Positions 1 to 8,173 of a stretch of 36,066 nt of DNA are shown here, piece by piece (positions within the stretch are counted from its first letter, which is position 1; the number at the start of each line of letters is the position of its first letter). The notes beneath the pieces are model-generated. The model had not been told where the DNA came from. It worked only from the letters and a program-made list of their open reading frames with translations, and did no database searches. Origin of the DNA: a virus (lineage: Duplodnaviria > Caudoviricetes). The stretch lies in IMG/VR virus record IMGVR_UViG_3300037483_000233, positions 1-36,066 of that record. One strand, given 5' to 3'. Made by a program: the position numbers and the translations under genes.

Positions 1-18
1 CTGTGTGTTGCTTTCAGT

Positions 19-240
19 GGGGGACACCGGGTGGACATTTGAGGGGGACATCGGTAGGGGGACGGGTGGACATGTCCACCTTTTGTCCACCCTCGCTTTC
101 CCCTACGCGTAATGAACCTTTTAAGATCATCTTTGTATATATGCAGGTCATAGGCTTGAGCGATTCCCGACCGGTTCGATAGGAAAGTGGACATTCGGAG
201 AGAGGAGGGGGACAAATGTCCACCTGTCCACCTGTCCACC
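19..240. repeat. 8-bp iteron cluster (TGTCCACC / GGTGGACA / GGGGGACA), putative replication origin
   Basis: TGTCCACC at 73, 84, 217, 225, 233; GGTGGACA at 30, 65; GGGGGACA at 19, 43, 207; AGTGGACA at 186. Perfect palindrome at 65-80 and AT-rich core at about 108-146. Lies directly downstream of the Prim-Pol gene. Confidence 0.7.
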
Positions 241-259
241 TCCGATCCACGGACGCGAC

Positions 260-2974
260 TCAACGTGACGACTGGCGGGTTTCGCCCAGGCTGATACGCC
301 CGCCTTCCTCGGAGAGCCAGCCCTCGGCGGACCCGTAGTCCAGGCCACGCCCGAGCCACTCCCGGTCACGGCTGGCCATGGACTTGCGGATGGCCCCGAC
401 GGTCAGCGGGGCCTCGGTGACCTTGCGGACGATGAACAGGGCGACGCGCTTGACCGTCACCTGATCGCCGCTCTCGGCGGCAGCAGCGCGGCGTTTCTTC
501 TCGACGTACTCCGCGGTCCGCTGCTCCTGCTCGCGGGCGGCAGCGCGGCGGGCCTGCTCCATGAGGCTGTTCCGGAGGGAGCAGGACGCCCGCCAGAGGA
601 TCCTGGACAGCTCCCAGTCCTCGAGGCTGACCTTCCATCGCCCGTTGAGGAGGGCGAGGAGGGAGGCGAGCTTGATGCGGGTCATCTGCTCGTGGCCGTT
701 CATGATGTCGACCTCGACCTCACCCCGTGACCGCAGGTTGTTGATCTCCCACAGCTCCTGCTGGACCTCGACGGGGAACTCGATGTCCCAGTCCTCCTTC
801 ACCTCGGCCAGGTGCGGCTGGTGGAGCAGCAGACCGGGGTGTTCGGGCTTGTCCTCGAACCGAGCCGGGATGGACGGGTCGGTGACGGGTGACCAGATGA
901 ATCGCTGCGGGGTGCCGAGCGTCGCCTCCTGGAGGAGGGGCAAGGCGCTCTCAGGCTGGAACCCGACGAGCATCCCCATCGAGTACATGCCTTCGGGGAT
1001 GTTGCGGTTCCTGGCTGCTTCGGCGTTCGTCTGCCCGAGGGCGTCGCCCATGGCCGCGCGGCGGATGGTCTCGCCCATGGTCGAGCCGCTCCGGCTAGCC
1101 AGCTTGACCAGGGCCTCGCCCTCGTCGACGTAGAAAAACGCGTTGTGACGCACCTGCTTGCGGACCATCTTCATCACGGGATCGCCGACGTTCGCGGTCG
1201 CGGTCTTCTTCGTGTGGGTCTCGCCGTCGGTCTCCTCCCGCTCTCCCATGAAGACCTCGGCGATGCCTTCGCCGGTGCCGATGGGGAGGTTGTCGCGGAA
1301 GTCGAGCTTCTCTAGCGGCGGGGCCAGGAGCTGCGATCCGGCCTTCTTGCCTGTGGTCTTACCTGCAGAGGCCGGGCCGACGATGGCGGCGAAGAAGTTG
1401 AGGGACGCCCGTCCGCGCATCCCGGTGTTCGCCTTGATCCGGTGGTCGAGCATCGCGGAGAGCCGGGTCAGGACGGTGTAGAACGCGACCTCACCGGAGC
1501 ATCCCTGAGAGTGCGCGGCCTGCCTGATATGAGTGAACTCCGGCCGGGCCTCCCAGAAGGTTTCAGGGAACAGGCCGAATCGAGGCGGGCCGGGCTTGGC
1601 GAGTTCCTCAAGGGCGTCGTCACCGGGGTCTTCGTCGTCGCTGGGCGGCGGCATTTCGGAGGGCTCGACCGGGGCGGCAGAGTGATCCGCGTGGTGGTCG
1701 CCCTCCTCGTCGTCCGGGGGCATCAGGGACTCGAGGACGTCCGGGTCGGTGGGGTAGTCCGGGGCAGACGGGGCCGGTCGCTGGGAGTCGGCCTGCTTCC
1801 TGGGGCTGCCGTAGCCCTCGGCTCGCAGGGCGCGGGCGGCGGCGGCGTGGTCCCCTCCGTGCTCCAGGAGGGCGTAGGCGCCGAACTTGGTGTACGGGGT
1901 CTCGGCTTCGAACAGGGTCGAGGTCGAGAACATGTACAGGTTGTCGCCGTCACCACGGGTGCCGATCGTGCCGGAGATGCCGAAGCTCTTTCCCGCACGC
2001 CTGAGTGTGTAGCCGTTGCCGTACCGAGCGACGATGGTGATGCCGTGGGGATCGAGGATGTCGGCCCAGTCGACCTTGGCGGCGAAGTCGTCGCCGGGGC
2101 GCAGCTCGTCCCCGAGGGAGTCGCCGGCCTGGCGCGGGCGCGGCGGACGCGGCGGAGCAGGAGGCGCAGGCATCTCGTCGAGGAGAGACGCGACGGCGAA
2201 CAGGGCGTCCCGCTCGTCGCTGGTGATCGTGGCGATGGTGTCGATGCCGCCGCAGATCATCGCCCATGCCTTGCCGGACGGGTGGGAGCGTCCGCCAGAC
2301 GGGGCGGTGACGACGAACCCACCTTCTCCCCTGGTCTCTATGAGGACCTGCGGGACCTGCTCGCCACGGGTGACGTTGTCAAGGCTGGCCTGTTGGCGCT
2401 GCTGCTTGACGGGGTCCTGCTCGTTGTCGACTTTGAGCTGTTCCTTGGCCTTCCACGCCTCCAGCTCGTCAGGGGTCGACGGGCGACGGGCAAGCTTGGT
2501 GTTCTTCCGGACGACGCCGTCGACCTTGACGAGCGTGTGTAGCCCGCCCGACGGGGACGAGTCGAGATAGCCCGTGATGATCCGGGTCCAGACCTCGGCG
2601 AGCCCATGGTCTGCGAGCGCGGCCGTGAGCTTGGGGAGGTAGCCCTCGGCGACGGCGCGGCCCTCGAGCTCGATCATCTCGAGGCCGCCGGAGACGGCAC
2701 CGCAGATGACTCCGAGGCCGTCGAACCTGTTGCCGGTGAACCATTCGTCGACCAGGTCGCGGCCTGCTCGTTCGGTCTGGTGCTTCTTCCAGAACGCGGC
2801 CGGGGCCTTGCTGCCGTCTGCACGCACCGGAACGACGGAGAAGCTGGCCGCCTCAAACGCGCGTGCGGTCGTGATCAGGTCGTGCTGGGCAGCTGCTTCG
2901 TGCGTGCCCATACCGGACGCGCGGAGAGCGGCAACTATGCCGTCCTCGCCGTGGTCCGGGCTCGCTGTCCTCAA
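260..2974 (-). CDS. Bifunctional primase/polymerase (Prim-Pol) fused to a C-terminal P-loop helicase-like (DUF3987-like) domain
   Basis: N-terminal VVPVRADGSKAP, GLGVICGAVSGGLEMIELE, SPSGGLH and ETRGEGGFVVTAPS motifs. C-terminal Walker A VGPASAGKT and Walker B-like FFYVDE. TTG start with GGGGAG RBS 5 nt upstream. Confidence 0.85.
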   Translation of the reverse strand: MRTASPDHGEDGIVAALRASGMGTHEAAAQHDLITTARAFEAASFSVVPVRADGSKAPAAFWKKHQTERAGRDLVDEWFTGNRFDGLGVICGAVSGGLEMIELEGRAVAEGYLPKLTAALADHGLAEVWTRIITGYLDSSPSGGLHTLVKVDGVVRKNTKLARRPSTPDELEAWKAKEQLKVDNEQDPVKQQRQQASLDNVTRGEQVPQVLIETRGEGGFVVTAPSGGRSHPSGKAWAMICGGIDTIATITSDERDALFAVASLLDEMPAPPAPPRPPRPRQAGDSLGDELRPGDDFAAKVDWADILDPHGITIVARYGNGYTLRRAGKSFGISGTIGTRGDGDNLYMFSTSTLFEAETPYTKFGAYALLEHGGDHAAAARALRAEGYGSPRKQADSQRPAPSAPDYPTDPDVLESLMPPDDEEGDHHADHSAAPVEPSEMPPPSDDEDPGDDALEELAKPGPPRFGLFPETFWEARPEFTHIRQAAHSQGCSGEVAFYTVLTRLSAMLDHRIKANTGMRGRASLNFFAAIVGPASAGKTTGKKAGSQLLAPPLEKLDFRDNLPIGTGEGIAEVFMGEREETDGETHTKKTATANVGDPVMKMVRKQVRHNAFFYVDEGEALVKLASRSGSTMGETIRRAAMGDALGQTNAEAARNRNIPEGMYSMGMLVGFQPESALPLLQEATLGTPQRFIWSPVTDPSIPARFEDKPEHPGLLLHQPHLAEVKEDWDIEFPVEVQQELWEINNLRSRGEVEVDIMNGHEQMTRIKLASLLALLNGRWKVSLEDWELSRILWRASCSLRNSLMEQARRAAAREQEQRTAEYVEKKRRAAAAESGDQVTVKRVALFIVRKVTEAPLTVGAIRKSMASRDREWLGRGLDYGSAEGWLSEEGGRISLGETRQSSR

Positions 2975-3278
2975 CGTGACTCCCCTGATGGATCTTGCGT
3001 TCGGTTGAAGGCACGACGACAGAACCGCCGTCGAGCGGAAAGGGGTGGTGCGTGAGGGAGGTAGGTGGCTCTAAGGAGGCGAGCTTCTGCTCGTCACGGA
3101 GCCGGTCGACGTACGCGTGAAGATCGGCGGTGGCGATGACGCGACGGCCGCCGAACTTGATGGACGGGATCTCGCCGGAGTACACGAGGTCCCTGATCTT
3201 GTTGCGGTCGCAGCCGAGGGCCTTGGCCGCGGTCGGCTTGTCCGTCTTGGACCTCATGGGCACGAGCAGCGGTTCCAT
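2853..3278 (-). CDS. xis: Excisionase/Cro-like HTH DNA-binding protein (core about 68 aa, then an extension after a TTA codon)
   Basis: TAAKALGCDRNKIRDLVYSGEIPSIKFGGRRVIATADL fits the HTH_17/Xis pattern. AGGAGG RBS. Divergent from the repressor. Confidence 0.75.
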   Translation of the reverse strand: MEPLLVPMRSKTDKPTAAKALGCDRNKIRDLVYSGEIPSIKFGGRRVIATADLHAYVDRLRDEQKLASLEPPTSLTHHPFPLDGGSVVVPSTERKIHQGSHVEDSEPGPRRGRHSCRSPRVRYGHARSSCPARPDHDRTRV

Positions 3279-3332
3279 TCCGGGGAACCCCCTCCTGGTC
3301 GGTCAAGCCTTGAAGAATTGGAATAAGCACAT

Positions 3333-3418
3333 CTCCAACCCGCTACAAGTCTATGGCCAAGGGGTCCCGCTTGCAACCCGTTGGAGCCCTGTTGAGGCCA
3401 AACCTCGTGGGATACGGT
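3333..3418. promoter_or_regulatory. Divergent genetic switch: leftward promoter, operator pair, probable leaderless repressor promoter
   Basis: Minus strand TTGCAA (3376-3371) N17 TAGACT (3353-3348). Imperfect inverted 17-mers at 3333-3349 and 3370-3386 (13/17 match) overlap both boxes. Plus strand TACGGT at 3413-3418 is 6 nt before ATG 3425. Confidence 0.65.
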
Positions 3419-3424
3419 GGGAGC

Positions 3425-4807
3425 ATGCCGCCGCGAATGAAGCTCGAGGAAGTCATTGCCCGCTCAGTGAGCGAGCTCCGACATCAACGCGAATGGACGC
3501 AAAGCGACCTAGCGCACCGGATGAAGGCCGCAGGGACCAACTGGACAGCGAACCGGGTTGCCCAGATCGAGACGCTGCGAGGAAAGGTCACCTTGTATGA
3601 CGTGATGGCCTTGACCTGGGTCTTTGAGGTGCCGCTAGATCGGTTGCTAGCGGGTGAAGACTTCGTCGACTTCCCGAACGAGACCGGCTTCCTCCCCCTC
3701 GCCAACGTCCGTAGCTTCCTCGCGGAGGGCAAGCCGTCACCGGACGCGAGACCACCAGGACAGGAACCGAAGACAGTCGCGGTCAAGGCATCCACAGCGG
3801 TCGGGGTGACAGCCACAGCCAAAGTGGAGGTTCACCAGCCAGCGGTCAAGGTGGAGAACGGCGGCCTTGTGTTCAGGGAAGGAGACGACGAGGAGATCCG
3901 GAAGATCGCCAAGAAGCTGGATCTGACGCCGGCGGTCCTGCAGTTCATCTGCCGGAGGAAGTGGCGTCACGGGTTCATCGTTGAGCGGGACATGCGTGCT
4001 GGGGATCTGACGGGGCTGAGTAAGCGGTCGGCGCAGACCAAGCGCGGGCACGTCACGCGGGCGCTGTCCGCTGAGCTTGCTGCGGATATCGAGCGGGACG
4101 GGATGGACAAGATCCTCGCCGACTACGCCGCGTACCAGAAGCGACGGCGAGACGAGATGGCCGCACAGCTGGCAGATTCCGTCGGTCAGACCAACATCCT
4201 GAGTGGCCTGACGTCGCAGTTGGACAGCTTGAACCTCGGCGCAACGACTGCACTCAGCAGAGCCATCTTGAACCTCCCGGATGTGTCGGCGCTCTTGAAC
4301 CTCCCGGATGTGTCGGCGCTGCTCGGGCCATCGCCCTCAACAGCCGCAATCGCAGCCAGCATCAGCAACCTCGATCTGCCGTTCAACAAGATCCTTGCCG
4401 AGGAAGCAGCCCGCCGGAATCGGTTGGCCGCCGACATGTTCGCGCCGGCCCGTAAGGCACTGGAACAGGCTCATGGCAACGCGTTCGGGTCGCTCCATGA
4501 GGCACTACAGCAGGCTCAGGGCAACATGTTCAGGCCGGTCCATCAGGCACTGCAGGCGAATGCGGCGAAGTTCTTCGGGGACGCCACGGCTGGATGGGCC
4601 GAGCAGGTGACCGAGACCCTCCGAGACCTGGTACGCGAGGGAAAGATCACGCTGGCGGAAATCAAAGAGGATGAGGAGTTCCTCGCGATGAGTGAGGACG
4701 AGCAACAGGAGTACTTGGAGTACTTCGGGTTCGACCAGGCGCCGGAGCAGCTCGAGGCCGACGCGGCAGAGGAACAGCCCCCCACTGACACAGAGAACGA
4801 AGGGTGA
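3425..4807 (+). CDS. XRE-family immunity repressor with a long repeat-containing C-terminal extension
   Basis: N-terminal HTH VSELRHQREWTQSDLAHRM...RVAQIETLRGKVTLYDVMALTWVFEVPLDRLL. Lies between xis and int. Start placed at ATG 3425. Confidence 0.8.
   Translation: MPPRMKLEEVIARSVSELRHQREWTQSDLAHRMKAAGTNWTANRVAQIETLRGKVTLYDVMALTWVFEVPLDRLLAGEDFVDFPNETGFLPLANVRSFLAEGKPSPDARPPGQEPKTVAVKASTAVGVTATAKVEVHQPAVKVENGGLVFREGDDEEIRKIAKKLDLTPAVLQFICRRKWRHGFIVERDMRAGDLTGLSKRSAQTKRGHVTRALSAELAADIERDGMDKILADYAAYQKRRRDEMAAQLADSVGQTNILSGLTSQLDSLNLGATTALSRAILNLPDVSALLNLPDVSALLGPSPSTAAIAASISNLDLPFNKILAEEAARRNRLAADMFAPARKALEQAHGNAFGSLHEALQQAQGNMFRPVHQALQANAAKFFGDATAGWAEQVTETLRDLVREGKITLAEIKEDEEFLAMSEDEQQEYLEYFGFDQAPEQLEADAAEEQPPTDTENEG
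4266..4320 (+). repeat. Exact 27-bp in-frame tandem duplication (LNLPDVSAL x2)
   Basis: TCTTGAACCTCCCGGATGTGTCGGCGC at 4266-4292 and 4293-4319. Confidence 0.95.
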
Positions 4808-4816
4808 GCGACCGAC

Positions 4817-6118
4817 ATGCCAGTAGGCAAAACCCCCGCCAAGAGGAAGCAGAAGCCCCGGCGGAATGGGGACAGCAGGCCGTATTTCCGGGCCAGTGAC
4901 AATCGGTGGGTCGCGGTCGCCTACTGGCCGAACGGCAAGAGGAAGGTCTGCTACGGCGCGGACGCTGACGACGCCGAGGCCAAGCGCAAGAAGTTCTATG
5001 CGGAGATCGAGGCTGCCCTACCGGTGACGGTCGGGAGCACGGAGACGATGGCCCGGTACCTGACGCAGTGGGTAGAGGTCACGCTCGAGCAGCGGGTTGC
5101 CGCCGGCCGTCTCTCCCGGTCCACCGCGGATTCCTATGCCGACACGGTCGACAAGCACATCACGCCCCATCTGGGCCGGGTCAAGATCGTGGACCTGACG
5201 ACGGCGCACATCCGGGCCTGGCTGCTCGAGCTGTCGAAGAAGCCGTCCGGTCGTACGAGGAAGACGCTCCGGCCGGGCGAGAAGACGCTGCCGGAGCCGA
5301 CGCTGTTGTCTGCCCGGACACAGAACTATTGCCATGCGGTCCTGCGTAAGGCGATGGCCGACGCGGTCGACGACGAGATCGTCAAGCGGAACGTCCTCCT
5401 GCTGGTCGATGCCCCGCGCGTCGAGCACAAGGAGCAGAAGACGCCGACCAAGAGCGAGGCCATGGCGCTGCTCGGCGCGGCGGCCGGCGACCGGATGTGG
5501 GCGTACTGGCTGGTCGTGCTTGGCCTGGGCCTGCGACGTGGTGAGGGTCTGGGCATGCGCTGGTCGCTCACGGACCTGGAGGACAAGAAGACGACGCGGC
5601 TACAGAAGCAGGTGACCAGGCAGCGCGGGAGGGTAGATAAGGAGACGGGGCTCCGGGGCGCTGGGGAGCTGGTCGAGAAGGACCTCAAGACCAAGGCGTC
5701 GAAGGCCACGATGCAGTTGCCGGACATGGTGGTCGAGGCGCTCCGGGTGCATCACGTCGAGCAGGCCGCCGAGATCCTGGCCGCGCGGGTCTGGGCCGAC
5801 GACGACCTCATCTTCGCCTCGACGGTCGGTACGCCGCTCGAGCCGCGCAACGTCGCGCGTATGTGGGAGGCCGTCTGCGAGCGGGCTGGCGTAGGGCAGT
5901 TCACGATCCACAGCCTGCGGCACGCGGCCGGGACCTACCTGTTCGCCGAGGGAGTCGATCTCAAGATCGTCCAGTCGACGCTTCGCCATACGCGCATGGC
6001 CACGACGGCGAACATCTATACGCACGTGCTCGAAGAGGTGAAGGTCGGCGCTGCCTCCGCGATGAACGGGGTCCTGCTCGATCTGACAGCGGCCAGACGG
6101 CGCACCGAGACCGCTTGA
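4817..6118 (+). CDS. int: Tyrosine recombinase/integrase
   Basis: Catalytic motifs GLRRGE (R), LKTKAS (K), HSLRH, LRH and IYTH (Y). N-terminal arm-binding-like region. Adjacent to attP. Confidence 0.95.
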   Translation: MPVGKTPAKRKQKPRRNGDSRPYFRASDNRWVAVAYWPNGKRKVCYGADADDAEAKRKKFYAEIEAALPVTVGSTETMARYLTQWVEVTLEQRVAAGRLSRSTADSYADTVDKHITPHLGRVKIVDLTTAHIRAWLLELSKKPSGRTRKTLRPGEKTLPEPTLLSARTQNYCHAVLRKAMADAVDDEIVKRNVLLLVDAPRVEHKEQKTPTKSEAMALLGAAAGDRMWAYWLVVLGLGLRRGEGLGMRWSLTDLEDKKTTRLQKQVTRQRGRVDKETGLRGAGELVEKDLKTKASKATMQLPDMVVEALRVHHVEQAAEILAARVWADDDLIFASTVGTPLEPRNVARMWEAVCERAGVGQFTIHSLRHAAGTYLFAEGVDLKIVQSTLRHTRMATTANIYTHVLEEVKVGAASAMNGVLLDLTAARRRTETA

Positions 6119-6159
6119 CGGGTGTTTAACACCCACGTACTGTGAAGGTGTTAAACACC
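6115..6159 (+). promoter_or_regulatory. Sigma70-type promoter with two palindromic operators
   Basis: TTGACG (6115) N17 TACTGT (6138). GGTGTTTAACACC (6121-6133) in the spacer and its exact reverse complement GGTGTTAAACACC (6147-6159) over the predicted +1. Confidence 0.8.
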
Positions 6160-6170
6160 TCGGAGGCAAG

Positions 6171-6332
6171 ATGCCGAACCAGCCCAAGAGTCCCATCCTC
6201 GCCGGACGGGTCGACCCCGACCTCAAGGCGTGGGTGGTGGCTCATGCCAAGAGGACCGGCGTCACGGTTACCGATGTCCTGGTTGCCGCTGTCACCCGGT
6301 ACCGAGAGCAGATGGAAGGGGGTGCGAAATGA
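6171..6332 (+). CDS. 53-aa ribbon-helix-helix (Arc/CopG-like) DNA-binding protein, not in the ORF track
   Basis: MPNQPKSPILAGRVDPDLKAWVVAHAKRTGVTVTDVLVAAVTRYREQMEGGAK, with GGAGG RBS and its own promoter. Confidence 0.75.
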   Translation: MPNQPKSPILAGRVDPDLKAWVVAHAKRTGVTVTDVLVAAVTRYREQMEGGAK

Positions 6333-6336
6333 GCGG

Positions 6337-6584
6337 CGTTGCTACACGAATTGCTACAGAAACCAAAAGGCAGTTCCTCGGGATCAAGGAACTGCCTGGT
6401 CAAGCTATGCGCACCCGGAGGTATTCGAAACCCCAACCTTCTGATCCGTAGTCACAGGCGAGCAGGGTTTGAATAGGGTCCGAGTGAAAGAAATGCCTGG
6501 TCAGAGCAGGTACAGACCCTGTTGAGACCCAGTTAAGACCGGACGCTCGTTGCTACACGAATTGCTACATTCGCAGCTACACGA
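6337..6584. other. attP: core matching the 3' half of tRNA-Arg(ACG), flanked by integrase arm-type repeats
   Basis: Minus strand 6454-6408 TGACTACGGATCAGAAGGTTGGGGTTTCGAATACCTCCGGGTGCGCA gives anticodon arm (ACG), T-arm and acceptor 3' strand, with no 5' half. Exact 22-bp direct repeat CGTTGCTACACGAATTGCTACA at 6337 and 6548, partial copy at 6576. TGCCTGGTCA at 6393 and 6494. AGACC at 11-bp period (6514, 6525, 6536). Confidence 0.88.
6360..6397 (-). terminator. Intrinsic terminator behind the tRNA 3' fragment
   Basis: 11-bp stem AGGCAGTTCCT/AGGAACTGCCT (6368-6397) followed on the minus strand by a T-rich run. Would terminate the regenerated tRNA after integration. Confidence 0.75.
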
Positions 6585-6682
6585 CAAATGAAGAACAGCC
6601 CCCTAAATGGGGGCGGCCCTGCCCGGTGTCTCACCACCAAAGCAGGGCCTGATCCGAATCCTCGCTAAGGAAGGAACGGACT

Positions 6683-6952
6683 GTGACCCATCCTATGGAG
6701 AACCCTGCCCGCGCGGCGGCAACGGCCCCGCCCGTGGTGGTCTTCGCCGACGACCAGGCCCCCGTCATCCGGTTCGCCGGCCGGACCCTGACCAAAGACC
6801 AGGCCGAGCAGCTCGCACACGACCTGTTCAACGCCGTCACCGAGATCGACCGCGCTCACTGGTACGCGATCAACCCCGTGCTCGCCGCCGAGATGGAAGC
6901 CCAGGTCCACGCTGACCTCGGCGACGAGCAGCTCGACCGGATCGCATCATGA
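6683..6952 (+). CDS. Hypothetical protein, first gene of the transfer operon
   Basis: AAGGAAGGA RBS, GC3-rich codons, ATGA overlap with the next gene. Confidence 0.65.
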   Translation: MTHPMENPARAAATAPPVVVFADDQAPVIRFAGRTLTKDQAEQLAHDLFNAVTEIDRAHWYAINPVLAAEMEAQVHADLGDEQLDRIAS

Positions 6953-7164
6953 TGGGCCCGCTGCTGCTCAGCATGATGTGCGTCGTCGCGGGCCTCTTCA
7001 CCCTCTGGCCTGCCGTGGTCGTGGAGATCCTCCGGGACCACGCCGCGCTGATCCTCGTCGGCCTGGTCGTGGTCGGCACCGTCGCCGAGGTCCTGCTCGG
7101 CATCCTCAAGGCCGCCGACGCTTCCCGGAGCCGAGAAGCGTTCGCCGCCGGGCGGCCGTCATGA
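6949..7164 (+). CDS. Small two-TM membrane protein (Spd-like)
   Basis: Two hydrophobic stretches. Coupled overlaps on both sides. Upstream of the TraB-like gene. Confidence 0.6.
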   Translation: MMGPLLLSMMCVVAGLFTLWPAVVVEILRDHAALILVGLVVVGTVAEVLLGILKAADASRSREAFAAGRPS

Positions 7165-7358
7165 CGCGCTGGGAGTACCGCCTCGTCATCTGGTCCCCGC
7201 CCATGCGCGTGCCGTCCGTCCCCGTCGACGAGGCGGTCACGGCCCTGATGAACCGCAACGGGGCAAACGGGTGGCTGCTGTCCCAGTTCATGCCGCCCGC
7301 CTGCGGCCGGTCCACCTGGATGTTCGCGTTCGTCCGACCCGTCGAGGAGTCCTCATGA
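7161..7358 (+). CDS. DUF4177-like small protein
   Basis: MTRWEYRLV...MNRNGANGWLL...FAFVRP pattern. ATGA overlaps at both ends (start 7161, not 6978). Confidence 0.6.
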   Translation: MTRWEYRLVIWSPPMRVPSVPVDEAVTALMNRNGANGWLLSQFMPPACGRSTWMFAFVRPVEESS

Positions 7359-8173
7359 ACAAGTTCGCGCAGATCGCGCACCGGGTCGCCCTCGGCTTCA
7401 TGGCCGTCGCGGTCGTCGCCGTCACCCTCGACGGGTTCGCTCAGTCCTGGGCCGGGCTGTACGGGTGGGCCATCGAGCACGGGCTCAACGAGTGGAAGGC
7501 CCTCTCGTTCCCCCTGCTGGTCGACGCGTTCATCTTGATCGGTGAGCTTGGCCTGTTCGCCCTGGCCCTCGAAGGGCACCGGGTCACGAAGGACAAACGG
7601 CTGTCGTGGGTCGACCTGGCCGTCCCTGCCGGGGTGGCGGTGGTCGGCTGGTCGGTGTCCCTGGCGTTCAACGTGGGCCATGTCGACGGGGATCTGTCCG
7701 ATCAGGTCACCGCGGCCGTCCCGCCGGTCGCCTCGATGGTCGGCCTGTTCGTCCTCCTGCGGACCCTGCACCGTCTCATCGGGCGAACGTCGCCCAACGC
7801 GGGCGAAGCCCCGGCCGTCAAGGTCGTCGTCGAGCAGCTCGTCGCCGACGAGATCGACCAGCCGGAACTGGCAGCGGGCGACGGCGCCGAGGCCGGTCTC
7901 GACCTGGGCGACGAGGAGATCCTCGCCGAGGTGGCCGCCGCCTGGAACCTCGACGATTTCGCCCAGCCAGATGAGGGGGTGGGCGACGAAGAACCAGCAG
8001 GTCAAGAGCCGGTCGTTGACCTGGCATCGGCGGTCCGTTCGGCCAAGGCCGCGGGGATGTCCCAGCGGGATCTCATGGAGGCGTTCCAGCTGAACCGCTA
8101 CCGGGTCCGCAAGCTCCTCAAGTCCACTCAGCCCGAACTCGTTTCGCCCAGCTCCAACGGCAGCAGCGACTAG
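7355..8173 (+). CDS. DUF2637-like multi-TM protein with acidic linker and C-terminal HTH (Spd/transfer accessory)
   Basis: FAQSWAGLYGWA, FPLLVDAFILIGE, SLAFNVGH and AAVPPVA motifs with four TM segments. C-terminal MSQRDLMEAFQLNRYRVRKL. GAGGAG RBS. Confidence 0.75.
   Translation: MNKFAQIAHRVALGFMAVAVVAVTLDGFAQSWAGLYGWAIEHGLNEWKALSFPLLVDAFILIGELGLFALALEGHRVTKDKRLSWVDLAVPAGVAVVGWSVSLAFNVGHVDGDLSDQVTAAVPPVASMVGLFVLLRTLHRLIGRTSPNAGEAPAVKVVVEQLVADEIDQPELAAGDGAEAGLDLGDEEILAEVAAAWNLDDFAQPDEGVGDEEPAGQEPVVDLASAVRSAKAAGMSQRDLMEAFQLNRYRVRKLLKSTQPELVSPSSNGSSD

Noticed and set aside
19-240. CRISPR array
   Set aside because: Repeats are 8 bp, in mixed orientation and irregularly spaced, and there are no cas genes.
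6408-6454. Complete tRNA-Arg gene
   Set aside because: Only the anticodon arm to acceptor 3' strand is present. No D-arm or 5' acceptor strand, so it is an att core.
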